This document shows, in pieces, positions 1 through 8,455 of a stretch of 32,000 nt of DNA (its first letter is position 1; every line of letters starts with the position of its first letter). A model generated the notes under the pieces. That model did not search any database. It was not told the origin of the DNA and was given only the letters and a program-made list of their open reading frames with translations. The DNA is from Allobaculum fili. GTDB lineage: Bacteria; Bacillota_I; Bacilli_A; Erysipelotrichales; Erysipelotrichaceae. Position numbers and translations under genes: made by a program. Location of the stretch: positions 60,001-92,000 of the forward strand of contig NZ_JAHDSX010000002.1 in NCBI RefSeq assembly GCF_020969955.1, in the 5' to 3' direction.

Positions 1-135
1 AACAAAACGGAAATCTGCCCCTTGTGTGGGACCAGAGAGGCTCTGGACGCTCTTGGAATTGACCGGCTGGAGCAAGAACACATCCTTTGTACCATCGATT
101 TCTACAGCCATCAGGCACGCAAAAACAAGAAGTAA
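1..135 (+). CDS. 3' end of an upstream ORF (partial, product unknown; contains a CPLCG cysteine pair)
   Basis: Frame 1 is open from the window edge to TAA at 133-135 (NKTEICPLCGTREALDALGIDRLEQEHILCTIDFYSHQARKNKK*). A hairpin terminator follows directly. Confidence 0.4.
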   Translation, partial: NKTEICPLCGTREALDALGIDRLEQEHILCTIDFYSHQARKNKK

Positions 136-141
136 ACCGGT

Positions 142-181
142 AGAATCAGAGAAAGAAAAAGCTCTGATTCTGCTTTATTTA
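142..181 (+). terminator. Rho-independent terminator candidate
   Basis: Perfect 10-bp stem AGAATCAGAG (142-151) / CTCTGATTCT (162-171) with a 10-nt loop, followed by GCTTTATTTAT. Confidence 0.6.
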
Positions 182-249
182 TCGCTGATTTGCTTGCTAT
201 GTATCTTCGTTAGAGTGATATATACAGTACCAAAACGGAGGACAGAACA

Positions 250-564
250 ATGACAAACAAAGAAGCAAAACATCAGGTATTCATGGAGGCGCATGCAAGA
301 TGGCTGGCCAACCAGGAGAAACATTACGGATACAACGAGAACGTTGGAAAATACCAGGACGACCTCAACGAGATGGTTTGGGCAGACTGGGAATTCACCG
401 AAGCCCACGAAAAACTCTGGAGCGACTACATCAGATACTTCGAAGAAGGCATCAGCCCCTACAAAGCAAAGCTGAGCAAGAAAGAAATCGAACGCCGCCT
501 GGAAAAGAAAATGGACGACATGGTTCAGGCCGAGTTCAAACGCTACGCGAAAGCGACCTACTAG
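250..564 (+). CDS. Hypothetical 104-aa protein immediately upstream of terL (not recognisable as a small terminase)
   Basis: ATG at 250 lies 8 nt after GGAGG (237-241). The product is charged and helical-looking. Hairpin terminators sit on both sides. Confidence 0.6.
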   Translation: MTNKEAKHQVFMEAHARWLANQEKHYGYNENVGKYQDDLNEMVWADWEFTEAHEKLWSDYIRYFEEGISPYKAKLSKKEIERRLEKKMDDMVQAEFKRYAKATY

Positions 565-576
565 AAAGCAATACCC

Positions 577-596
577 AAAGGCCTGCGGGCCTTTTT
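577..596 (+). terminator. Compact rho-independent terminator candidate between the 104-aa ORF and terL
   Basis: AAAGGCC (577-583) / GGCCTTT (588-594) stem with a TGCG loop, running into a T tract. The terL RBS GGAGG at 602-606 follows. Confidence 0.55.
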
Positions 597-613
597 AGAT
601 TGGAGGTTTCCTT

Positions 614-3235
614 ATGGCAATGCGAAAGCTGAAAAAATACAAACCTACAAAGTTCAAGGCTCGCACATCTTATTACGATAAGGAAGCAGCCGACTATGCG
701 GTTAACTTTATCCAGTGCCTGTGCCACACCAAAGGAACCTGGGCTGGTAAACCCTTTGAGCTGATCGACTGGCAGGAACAGATCGTGAGGGATCTGTTTG
801 GAATCAAAAAAAAGAACGGTTATCGTCAGTTCAATACAGCCTATATTGAGATAGGAAAAAAGATGGGCAAACAAGTTGCGTTAAATACATTAATTCCTAC
901 TCCAAAAGGCTTTACCACGATGGGGGAGATCAAGGTTGGCGATACCGTATTCGATGAAACCGGATCTCCGTGTCACGTAGTGGCCAAGAGTCAGGTCGAT
1001 TTTGACGAGCAGGCCTATCGTATTGTGTTCAAAGATGGAGAGGTCATCGAAGCTGGTGAGAACCATCAGTGGATTGGAGAGAAGCATCAAAAACCGATAA
1101 TGATGACAACCGGTGACTTGTACAGGTATTTCCAAACCAAATCCTACAATTTTCGGATTGCTGTCAATGGAGCGCTGGAAGCCCCTGAAGCGGAGCTGCC
1201 GATCGATCCATACCTGATGGGGTATTGGCTTGGTAACGGACATGCCACCAAGCCAGAAATTACTGTAAAGACTTCCGATGTTCCGGAAGTCCTTTTTAAT
1301 GTCCAGCAGAACACTGTAGTCAACAACGCCTGGTTGAATGTTGGCGACTCACTAATTTTCAAAATCAACGAGCTGAAGCCAGTCCTGCTCAAGTCATTCC
1401 ATGACAAAGTGATTCCGATTGAATATCTTCGTGCCTCTAAAGAACAACGGCTCCGCCTTTTGCAGGGATTGATGGACTCTGATGGATGTATCTCAGGAGT
1501 AAAAGGACAAGGAGTTTACTACTCCACAGAAAAGAGGTTAGCGGAAACAGTTAGTGAACTCCTGTGGACGCTGGGAATCAAAAATGCGATCACCTCAACT
1601 CCATCTACGCAACCGGCTAATAGGGATATGCCAAGCCAGGAATGTGGCAGAGTTGCTACCGGTGAAACCTGCTATATGATCAAATTCACCTGCTTTGACG
1701 ATGTGAAAGTTGCTGGTCTATCCAGAAAACTAAAGAATCGGATTCCCAGAAATCCAACGACCAGATCCCATTTTCGATATATCGACTCGATTGAGAAAAT
1801 CGAGAACCGAGGAATGCAATGCATCCAGGTGGATAGCCCGTCCCATCAATACTTGATTGGCAAAAGCTGTCTTCCAACGCACAACTCAGAGCTTGCAGCG
1901 GCCATTGCATTGCTCCTCACCTGCGGAGATGGAGAGCAGCGAGCTGAAGTGTACGGCTGCGCTTCGGATCGTCAGCAGGCATCCATTGTTTTTGATGTTG
2001 CTGCTGACATGGTCCGGATGTGTCCGGCTTTGAACAAGCGCTGCAAAATCCTCGCTTCTCAGAAACGGCTGGTGTATCTGCCCACGAATAGCTTCTATCA
2101 GGTTCTTTCCGCTGAAGCCTACTCGAAGCACGGCTTCAACATTCACGGAGTTATCTTCGATGAGCTACATTCCCAACCAAATCGAAAACTACACGACGTT
2201 ATGACCAAAGGTTCCGGGGATGCCAGGATGCAGCCCCTCTTCTTTCAGATCACCACTGCAGGAACAGATACCAACTCGATCTGCTATGAGGTCCACCAGA
2301 AAGCTAAGGACATTCTGGAAGGCAGAAAGGTCGATCCGACCTTCTATCCAGTCATCTATGGAGCTGATCCGGATGATGATTGGACCGATCCCAAGGTGTG
2401 GAAAAAAGTTAATCCCTCCTTGGGGATTACCGTTCCAATTGAAAAAGTCCAGGACGCTTGTGAATCCGCTAAGCAGAATCCTGCTGAAGAGAATGCGTTC
2501 CGGCAGCTAAGACTTTGCCAGTGGGTCAAACAATCCATCCGCTGGATGCCAATGGACAAATGGGACCTTTGCGCTTTCCCCGTTATCCCGGAAGAGCTCG
2601 AAGGCCGTGTTTGTTATGGAGGCTTGGACCTTTCCAGTACCACCGATATCACCGCCTTTGTTCTGGTCTTCCCTCCTATTGAGGAGGATGAACCATATCA
2701 GATCCTGCCGTACTTCTGGATTCCAGAAGACAGCCTGGATTTGCGTGTAAAGCGGGATCATGTTCCCTATGATATATGGAAGAAGCAGGGCTACCTGGAA
2801 ACTACCGAAGGAAATGTTATTCATTACGGATTCATCGAGAAGTTCATCGAGCGGCTTGGTGAAAAGTTCAACATCAAGGAGATTGCTTTTGACCGCTGGG
2901 GTGCTGTTCAGATGGTTCAGAACCTCGAAGGCATGGGCTTCACCGTCGTGCCCTTTGGCCAGGGCTTCAAGGATATGTCTCCGCCAACCAAGGAGCTGAT
3001 GAAGCTAGTGCTGGAAAAGAAGATAGCCCATGGCGGACATCCAGTTCTTCGCTGGATGATGGATAACATCTTTATTCGTACTGACCCTGCGGGTAATATT
3101 AAAGCAGATAAGGAGAAGTCCACAGAGAAGATCGACGGTGTGATTGCCACTGTCATGGGGTTGGACCGTGCTATTCGCTGTGGAAACATCAGCACCGAGA
3201 GTGTGTATGACAGTCGAGGTCTGCTGGTGTTTTAA
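614..3235 (+). CDS. terL: Terminase large subunit (Terminase_1-type), intein-containing precursor
   Basis: The ATPase Walker A YIEIGKKMGK is interrupted and resumes at SELAAAIALLL. Walker B is HGVIFDELH. C-terminal RNaseH-like nuclease motifs are present (GLDLSSTTDITAF, AFDRWGA, KIDGVIATVMGL). GGAGG RBS lies 7 nt upstream. The gene sits at the start of a portal-protease-capsid module. Confidence 0.95.
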   Translation: MAMRKLKKYKPTKFKARTSYYDKEAADYAVNFIQCLCHTKGTWAGKPFELIDWQEQIVRDLFGIKKKNGYRQFNTAYIEIGKKMGKQVALNTLIPTPKGFTTMGEIKVGDTVFDETGSPCHVVAKSQVDFDEQAYRIVFKDGEVIEAGENHQWIGEKHQKPIMMTTGDLYRYFQTKSYNFRIAVNGALEAPEAELPIDPYLMGYWLGNGHATKPEITVKTSDVPEVLFNVQQNTVVNNAWLNVGDSLIFKINELKPVLLKSFHDKVIPIEYLRASKEQRLRLLQGLMDSDGCISGVKGQGVYYSTEKRLAETVSELLWTLGIKNAITSTPSTQPANRDMPSQECGRVATGETCYMIKFTCFDDVKVAGLSRKLKNRIPRNPTTRSHFRYIDSIEKIENRGMQCIQVDSPSHQYLIGKSCLPTHNSELAAAIALLLTCGDGEQRAEVYGCASDRQQASIVFDVAADMVRMCPALNKRCKILASQKRLVYLPTNSFYQVLSAEAYSKHGFNIHGVIFDELHSQPNRKLHDVMTKGSGDARMQPLFFQITTAGTDTNSICYEVHQKAKDILEGRKVDPTFYPVIYGADPDDDWTDPKVWKKVNPSLGITVPIEKVQDACESAKQNPAEENAFRQLRLCQWVKQSIRWMPMDKWDLCAFPVIPEELEGRVCYGGLDLSSTTDITAFVLVFPPIEEDEPYQILPYFWIPEDSLDLRVKRDHVPYDIWKKQGYLETTEGNVIHYGFIEKFIERLGEKFNIKEIAFDRWGAVQMVQNLEGMGFTVVPFGQGFKDMSPPTKELMKLVLEKKIAHGGHPVLRWMMDNIFIRTDPAGNIKADKEKSTEKIDGVIATVMGLDRAIRCGNISTESVYDSRGLLVF
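872..1885 (+). mobile_element. Intein (338 aa, Gln87-Asn424 of TerL) with LAGLIDADG homing-endonuclease domain and class-3-type WCT signature
   Basis: Block A is QVALNTLIPTPKGF. Block B is GEVIEAGENHQW (His151, Trp153). LAGLIDADG motifs are PYLMGYWLGNGHA and LLQGLMDSDGCIS. Block F is MQCIQVDSPSHQYLIG (Cys403). Block G is LPTHN followed by +1 Ser425. Removing it rejoins GKKMGK|SELAAAIALL into an intact P-loop. Confidence 0.85.
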
Positions 3236-3245
3236 GGTAAATTCT

Positions 3246-3587
3246 ATGATCAACCTCGAAAATGGAAGATGGATTTGGATTTTCTACTATGCGTTCTTTT
3301 TGCTTATCTTTGTGTACGACCTCGCCAGGTGCTTCAGAGTCAGGAAGATGAAGCTGGTTCCGCTTTTGGGAGCGGTGCTCGCCATTATTGCTCCTGTCTG
3401 GTTCTTCTTTTTTGCGATCGGGAGAGGTCCTGCTGGTCCGAATGAGTTCATTTATTTATATCAACAATTAATTGTAGATGACAGTTCAGCCTGGGTTAGT
3501 CTTGCTTTATTCATTTTGACAATTCTCCTGTTTGTTTGGAGCATCTTCTTACCGTCCAAAGTAAGAAAGAACCAAAAGCGCCACTGA
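3246..3587 (+). CDS. Small integral membrane protein (about 3 TM helices), accessory gene
   Basis: Start taken at the internal ATG 3246 of ORF 3144-3587, just after the terL stop. Hydrophobic segments are WIWIFYYAFFLLIFVY, LVPLLGAVLAIIAPVWFFFFAIG and WVSLALFILTILLFVWSIFL. The RBS is weak. Confidence 0.6.
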   Translation: MINLENGRWIWIFYYAFFLLIFVYDLARCFRVRKMKLVPLLGAVLAIIAPVWFFFFAIGRGPAGPNEFIYLYQQLIVDDSSAWVSLALFILTILLFVWSIFLPSKVRKNQKRH

Positions 3588-3700
3588 AAAGTTGGATTTC
3601 ATCCGATCATGAAATAAATCCAACCTCCTTGGATTCTAAACTTTTTCTAAACAACGAAAAAGTCACGACTTTGTCACTACTAATCTGTAGACTCGTCCTC

Positions 3701-4033
3701 ATGAATCAAGAATTATTCATGAACGCTCTTTCGAGCCTGCTGGTTGTGTCGGATTATGCCGAGTATCTCGATACCCGCAGAAGCTTCATTATCGACAATC
3801 TTTGCAAACTCGGCTATCCAGAGGATGCTGCCGTCTCTTACTTGATGTCCTGCGGAGCCATTGAACAAGAACGTGCTGAACAGTACCTAAACGAAATTGA
3901 GCTTCAAGGTTTGAGTGAAGAATTCGAGCAGTGGTCAGATCAGGATGAAGTCATCGAGGAAAGGAAACAAGGAATTCTGGCTACGCTGTCTTTGGGAATC
4001 AGAGCTCTGAACCATCCTCACCGTTTCCACTAA
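3701..4033 (+). CDS. Hypothetical acidic protein (start uncertain)
   Basis: ORF 3536-4033. The first ATG in frame is 3701 (MNQELFMNALSS...). The TTG at 3536 would overlap the preceding gene. No clear SD and no family recognised. Confidence 0.45.
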   Translation: MNQELFMNALSSLLVVSDYAEYLDTRRSFIIDNLCKLGYPEDAAVSYLMSCGAIEQERAEQYLNEIELQGLSEEFEQWSDQDEVIEERKQGILATLSLGIRALNHPHRFH

Positions 4034-4077
4034 ATAAACTCTGGACTATTGTTTCCCGAACATCTGCAATCACTGAA

Positions 4078-4533
4078 ATGTTGGAGACTTTTCTTACAAA
4101 CTTTCTGGGCACAGGGAATAGTTATTCTATATGGGACCGGTATCATCTGCCCATGAAAAATGAAGAAATCAAAAGATACGGGCTCGCCATGTGGCTCGAT
4201 CGCCAGACAGATCTGGTTCTCTGTGACAAACCCAGCATGTTGTTTTCCTTCCTTGAGGCAAACCGTCTCACGGACCAACTGAAGACAGCTTTTCTGGTTC
4301 GCCTTCAGAAGACTATTGTTCTTTTTCAGGAAAGAGCGGTAGCAAATTCTGATCTTTCGGAATTCAAGAAAGCTTTGATTCCTTATATTGAATCTGAGGA
4401 ATATCCCGTTTACAACGAGGAGCACTTCCATCCTCTGGCGGAATACTTGGCCGCTTCTGTGACAGAAAATTATGAATCCGTCGATGCAGACGCTATCCAG
4501 AAACGCTTTCCGGAGCTGGAACTTTGCTTCTGA
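4078..4533 (+). CDS. Hypothetical 151-aa protein
   Basis: Clean ORF with protein-like composition and no family recognised. The SD is weak. A strong terminator follows. Confidence 0.55.
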   Translation: MLETFLTNFLGTGNSYSIWDRYHLPMKNEEIKRYGLAMWLDRQTDLVLCDKPSMLFSFLEANRLTDQLKTAFLVRLQKTIVLFQERAVANSDLSEFKKALIPYIESEEYPVYNEEHFHPLAEYLAASVTENYESVDADAIQKRFPELELCF

Positions 4534-4559
4534 AAACCGACAAGTCTGTTCAGACTACC

Positions 4560-4588
4560 AACACCTCATCACGAGGTGTTTTCTTTTT
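4560..4588 (+). terminator. Rho-independent terminator closing the terL-portal accessory cassette
   Basis: 8-bp stem AACACCTC (4560-4567) / GAGGTGTT (4573-4580), loop ATCAC, then TTCTTTTT. The portal RBS AAAGGAG follows immediately. Confidence 0.7.
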
Positions 4589-4602
4589 GGAAAGGAGAAA
4601 CC

Positions 4603-5838
4603 ATGAAACTCAAGAATCTGTTTCATCGAAAAGTCAGAGACCAGACCGCAGGAGCTGGTTACCGCTTCTTCCTGGGAACTTCCACTTCCGGAAAGCGAGT
4701 CAACGAACGCTCCTCCATGCAGATGACGGCAGTCTATTCGTGTGTGCGAATTCTCTCTGAAGCCATCGCTTCTTTGCCACTTCAAGTCTATGAGCAATCT
4801 GACAACAGCTCCCAGAAAGCCAGAGACCATCCTCTGTACTTTCTGCTGCACGATGAGCCTAATCCGGAGATGACCTCGTTCATCTTCCGGGAAACTTTGA
4901 TGACCCATCTGCTGCTTTGGGGAAACGCCTATGCGCAGATCATCCGAAATGGCAAAGGTGAAGTCGTGGCACTATATCCGCTGATGCCAGATCGCATGAA
5001 GGTCGACAGGGACGACAGCGGACAACTCTACTATGAATATCAGGTCTCGAAAGCCGATCCGGCAGTCAACAAATCCGGAATGGTCAGGCTGCATCCGCAT
5101 GATGTTCTTCATATCCCTGGTCTAGGCTTTGATGGCCTTGTCGGTTATTCACCGATTGCGATGGCCAAGAACGCCATCGGAATGGCGATAGCCTGTGAAG
5201 AATATGGAGCGAAATTCTTCGCTCATGGCGCCGCACCTTCCGGAGTCCTCGAACACCCTGGAACGTTGAAAGATCCATCCCGTGTTCGTGAAAGCTGGCA
5301 GGCTACCTTCGGTGGCTCATCAAACTCTGGTAAGGTAGCTGTGTTGGAAGAAGGTATGAAGTACACCCCAATCTCCGTACCACCCGAGCAAGCCCAGTTT
5401 CTGGAAACACGTAAGTTTCAGATCAACGAGATCGCCAGAATCTTCCGGGTGCCTCCTCACATGGTTGGAGATTTGGAGAAATCTTCCTTTTCCAACATCG
5501 AGCAGCAGTCCTTGGAGTTTGTGAAATACACGCTTGATCCCTGGGTTTCCCGTTGGGAACAGGCAATGACCAAGGTGCTCTTCAGTGAGGATGAAAAGCA
5601 GAACTTCTCCATCAAGTTCAATGTGGATGGCTTACTTCGTGGCGACTATCAGAGCCGTATGAATGGGTATGCCATTGCCAGACAAAACGGCTGGATGTCC
5701 GCCAACGACATCAGGCGTCTGGAAGAACTCGATCCGCTGCCTGCTGAGGCTGGTGGCGATCTGTATTTAGTGAACGGAAACATGCTCCCACTGGAAAAAG
5801 CTGGGGGCTTTTATTCTGGAAAGGAGAGAAGTGAATGA
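4603..5838 (+). CDS. Portal protein (HK97-family Phage_portal type)
   Basis: Start chosen at MKLKNLF (ATG 4603) after AAAGGAGAAACC. Length is about 411 aa. Typical portal blocks are present (AVYSCVRILSEAIASLPL, LLWGNAY, YTPISVPPEQAQFLETRKFQINEIARIFRVPPHM). It precedes the protease and capsid genes. Confidence 0.92.
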   Translation: MKLKNLFHRKVRDQTAGAGYRFFLGTSTSGKRVNERSSMQMTAVYSCVRILSEAIASLPLQVYEQSDNSSQKARDHPLYFLLHDEPNPEMTSFIFRETLMTHLLLWGNAYAQIIRNGKGEVVALYPLMPDRMKVDRDDSGQLYYEYQVSKADPAVNKSGMVRLHPHDVLHIPGLGFDGLVGYSPIAMAKNAIGMAIACEEYGAKFFAHGAAPSGVLEHPGTLKDPSRVRESWQATFGGSSNSGKVAVLEEGMKYTPISVPPEQAQFLETRKFQINEIARIFRVPPHMVGDLEKSSFSNIEQQSLEFVKYTLDPWVSRWEQAMTKVLFSEDEKQNFSIKFNVDGLLRGDYQSRMNGYAIARQNGWMSANDIRRLEELDPLPAEAGGDLYLVNGNMLPLEKAGGFYSGKERSE

Positions 5839-6572
5839 AATTCTGGAAATGGGTCCGAAATGAAGCCGATCCTGAACTGGAACCGGAAATCCAGGAAGCA
5901 AGAACCCTTTTTCTCAACGGGACCATCGCGGAAGAAACCTGGTTTGATGACGAGGTTTCTCCTAAGCAGTTCAAAGATGAGCTGATGGAAGACGATGGTG
6001 ACATTGCAATCTGGATCAATTCTCCCGGTGGAGATTGCTTTGCCGCAGCACAGATTTACAACATGTTGTCGGAATATCCTGGCAAGGTCACCATCAAGAT
6101 TGATGGCATTGCCGCATCCGCTGCTTCTGTGATTGCGATGGCTGGCGATGAAGTCCAGGTTTCTCCGGTGTCGATGCTGATGATTCACAACCCAGCCACC
6201 ATGGCCATGGGAGATGTGTATGAGATGAAAAAGGCTGCGGCAATGTTAGCCGAGGTCAAAGAATCCATCATCAACGCCTATGAGAGAAAAACCGGACTGG
6301 CAAGAACGAAGATTTCAAAGCTGATGGACGATGAAACGTGGATGGATGCCGGCAAAGCTATAGAGCTGGGGTTTGCCGACAGTCTCATGAATCGAAAAGA
6401 CGAACAGACAGATACTGGCATGGAGATTTCGAACTCCATGCTTTTTTCGTCGCGAAAAGTCATGAACAGCTTTGTCAACAAGCTCAAAAAGGAACGGAAG
6501 GATCAGGTCTCTTCTGCTTCGCTTCTCGAACGACTGGACCTGATGAAAACATGGAGGGATGACAATGAATAA
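5835..6572 (+). CDS. ClpP-family (S14) prohead maturation protease
   Basis: Motif run INSPGGDCFAAAQIYNML...IDGIAASAASVIAMAGD...MLMIHNP gives a Ser/His catalytic context. It overlaps the portal stop by 4 nt and lies upstream of the capsid gene. Confidence 0.9.
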   Translation: MKFWKWVRNEADPELEPEIQEARTLFLNGTIAEETWFDDEVSPKQFKDELMEDDGDIAIWINSPGGDCFAAAQIYNMLSEYPGKVTIKIDGIAASAASVIAMAGDEVQVSPVSMLMIHNPATMAMGDVYEMKKAAAMLAEVKESIINAYERKTGLARTKISKLMDDETWMDAGKAIELGFADSLMNRKDEQTDTGMEISNSMLFSSRKVMNSFVNKLKKERKDQVSSASLLERLDLMKTWRDDNE

Positions 6573-7740
6573 ACTGATGTCGCTGATTGAAAAGCGAAAC
6601 GCAGCCTGGAACGCTGCCAAATCCTTTGTGGAAACCAAGCAGGATTCTGATGGACTGCTTTCCAAAGAAGATGCCAAAACCTACGCTTCTCTGGAAGCCA
6701 AGGTCAAAGACTACAGCGCAGAGATTGAACGAGTGCAGGCGATGGAGGCTCTGGAAAATGAGCTCAACCGTCCCCTGAGTGCTCCGCTGACCACTAAGCC
6801 GGAAACCTACTCTGCCAAACCGATGAACATTCGTGAGAGCAAAGACTATAAAGACGCTCTGCTGTCCGCTTTCCGTTCCAACTTCAAGAACGTCTCCAAT
6901 ATTCTGCAGGAAGGGACTGCAGCCGATGGCGGATACCTGGTTCCGGTAGAGTATGACAACCGCCTGATTGATGTTCTGACTGAAGAGAACATCATGCGAA
7001 AACTGGCCACCACCATTACCACGGCAGGTGAGCACCGAATCAATGTGGCTGGTTCTAAGCCTGCCGCTTCCTGGATTGATGAAGGAGACGCACTGACCTT
7101 TGGAGATGCAAAATTCTCTCAGATCCTTCTGGATGCACACAAGCTGCATGTAGCAGTCAAAGTCACCGAAGAACTGCTCAACGACAATGCCTTCAACCTT
7201 GAGGGATACATCATTGACGCCTTTGGCAAAGCACTGGCCAATGCGGAAGAGGATGCCTTCCTGAACGGTTCCACCACCGGAAGACCTACCGGCATTTTTG
7301 CGGAAACCGGTGGCGGTACTGCCGCGCTCACCACAACTACTCTCAAAGCAGACGACGTGATCGACCTGGTCTATGCGCTGAAACGTCCGTATCGAAAGAA
7401 CGCCGCGTTCATTCTCAATGACAAGCTGATCGCCAAGATCCGTAAGCTGAAGTATGCCGATGGCAAAGAATACATCTGGCAGCCAACTTTTGTAGATGGC
7501 GAACCGGACCGGATCCTGGGCTATCCGGTCTACACTTCCGCCTTTGCTCCGGAAGACAAGATCGCCTTTGGTGACTTCTCCTACTACAACATCGGAGACC
7601 GTGGGAGCCGCTCTTTCTCTGAACTGCGTGAGCTGTTTGCGGGAAATGGCATGGTAGGTTTTGTAGCCAAAGAGCGTGTTGATGGAAAACTGGTACTGCC
7701 GGAAGCCGTTCAGATTCTGACTATCGGATCCGGTTCCTGA
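6565..7740 (+). CDS. Major capsid protein (HK97 fold, Phage_capsid family)
   Basis: N-terminal coiled delta-like region, then GGYLVPVEYDNRLIDVL..., ...FGKALANAEEDAFLNG... and LGYPVYTS. ATG 6565 is preferred over 6559 because the GGAGGG at 6553-6558 abuts 6559. Confidence 0.92.
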   Translation: MNKLMSLIEKRNAAWNAAKSFVETKQDSDGLLSKEDAKTYASLEAKVKDYSAEIERVQAMEALENELNRPLSAPLTTKPETYSAKPMNIRESKDYKDALLSAFRSNFKNVSNILQEGTAADGGYLVPVEYDNRLIDVLTEENIMRKLATTITTAGEHRINVAGSKPAASWIDEGDALTFGDAKFSQILLDAHKLHVAVKVTEELLNDNAFNLEGYIIDAFGKALANAEEDAFLNGSTTGRPTGIFAETGGGTAALTTTTLKADDVIDLVYALKRPYRKNAAFILNDKLIAKIRKLKYADGKEYIWQPTFVDGEPDRILGYPVYTSAFAPEDKIAFGDFSYYNIGDRGSRSFSELRELFAGNGMVGFVAKERVDGKLVLPEAVQILTIGSGS

Positions 7741-7756
7741 TAGAAGGTGACAGAGA

Positions 7757-8029
7757 ATGATTACTCTTGAACAGGTCAAAGAATGGCTAAAAGTGGACCA
7801 GGACGATTTCGACGAGCTGACTGGGGAATTGCTTCAGTCAGCTTCTTCTATTTGTTCGGATGTACTCCGTCTGAAATCAGTCGACGATCTCGAACCGACA
7901 CCGCTCAACAAGATCGCCATTCTGTTTACGATGTCCTATCTGTTTGAACACCGCGAAGATGCAGATCTCAACCAGTTGAAAACCAACCTTCGCGCATTAC
8001 TTGAACCAGACCGAAAGGCGGTGTTCTGA
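7757..8029 (+). CDS. Head-tail connector / gp6-like DNA-packaging protein
   Basis: 90 aa. The N-terminus MITLEQVKEWLKVDQDDFDEL... is typical of gp6/gp15-like connectors. It lies directly after the capsid gene. Confidence 0.7.
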   Translation: MITLEQVKEWLKVDQDDFDELTGELLQSASSICSDVLRLKSVDDLEPTPLNKIAILFTMSYLFEHREDADLNQLKTNLRALLEPDRKAVF

Positions 8030-8385
8030 TGCGAATCGCTGATCTCAATCGAACCGTCACAATCCAGAAGCTGAATTCATCGGCCAATTTTTATGGGGAT
8101 GCTCCTGAAATCGAAACCTCCTTTTCTACCTGGGCGCATGTGATGGATAAGGGAATCAGTGAGACTGATGGAAATGGTCATGTTCACGAAGCTCGAGAAC
8201 TGCTGATCACACTCCGCTCTTACCGCAAAACAAGAGCTATCCGACCGGACATGTATCAGTTGTTCTATATGGAAGAACTCTATGACATCACCCATGTAGA
8301 GCTTGATTCTGACTCTGATCGTTTCGTCATACTTCATGCCAGGAGGAAAAGTCACAAAAGTGGAACTCCCGCGGCAATTCCTTAG
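8029..8385 (+). CDS. Head closure / head-tail adaptor protein (SPP1 gp16-like)
   Basis: 118 aa. Its start overlaps the previous stop (TGATG). The motif MRIADLNRTVTIQK is typical of head-tail adaptor proteins. Confidence 0.65.
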   Translation: MRIADLNRTVTIQKLNSSANFYGDAPEIETSFSTWAHVMDKGISETDGNGHVHEARELLITLRSYRKTRAIRPDMYQLFYMEELYDITHVELDSDSDRFVILHARRKSHKSGTPAAIP

Positions 8386-8455
8386 AGCTTGGGAAATATA
8401 CAGAACATGTTTTTCTGAGAGAGCATGTTTGTGTGTATTTGAAGCACTCACAGAA

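Noticed and set aside
3536-3700. TTG start at 3536 extending the second cassette ORF to 165 aa
   Set aside because: It overlaps the membrane-protein gene by about 50 nt and runs through the strong hairpin at 3591-3624. It has no SD. The first ATG (3701) was used, though the true start remains uncertain.
6484-7779. 431-aa minus-strand ORF antisense to the major capsid gene, and similar long antisense ORFs at 12447-13211, 10403-10915, 23797-24405, 28256-28903 and 26204-26764
   Set aside because: These are shadow ORFs opposite well-supported genes. Their composition is not protein-like (Arg/Ser/Gly/Cys-rich), and they lack RBSs and recognisable motifs.
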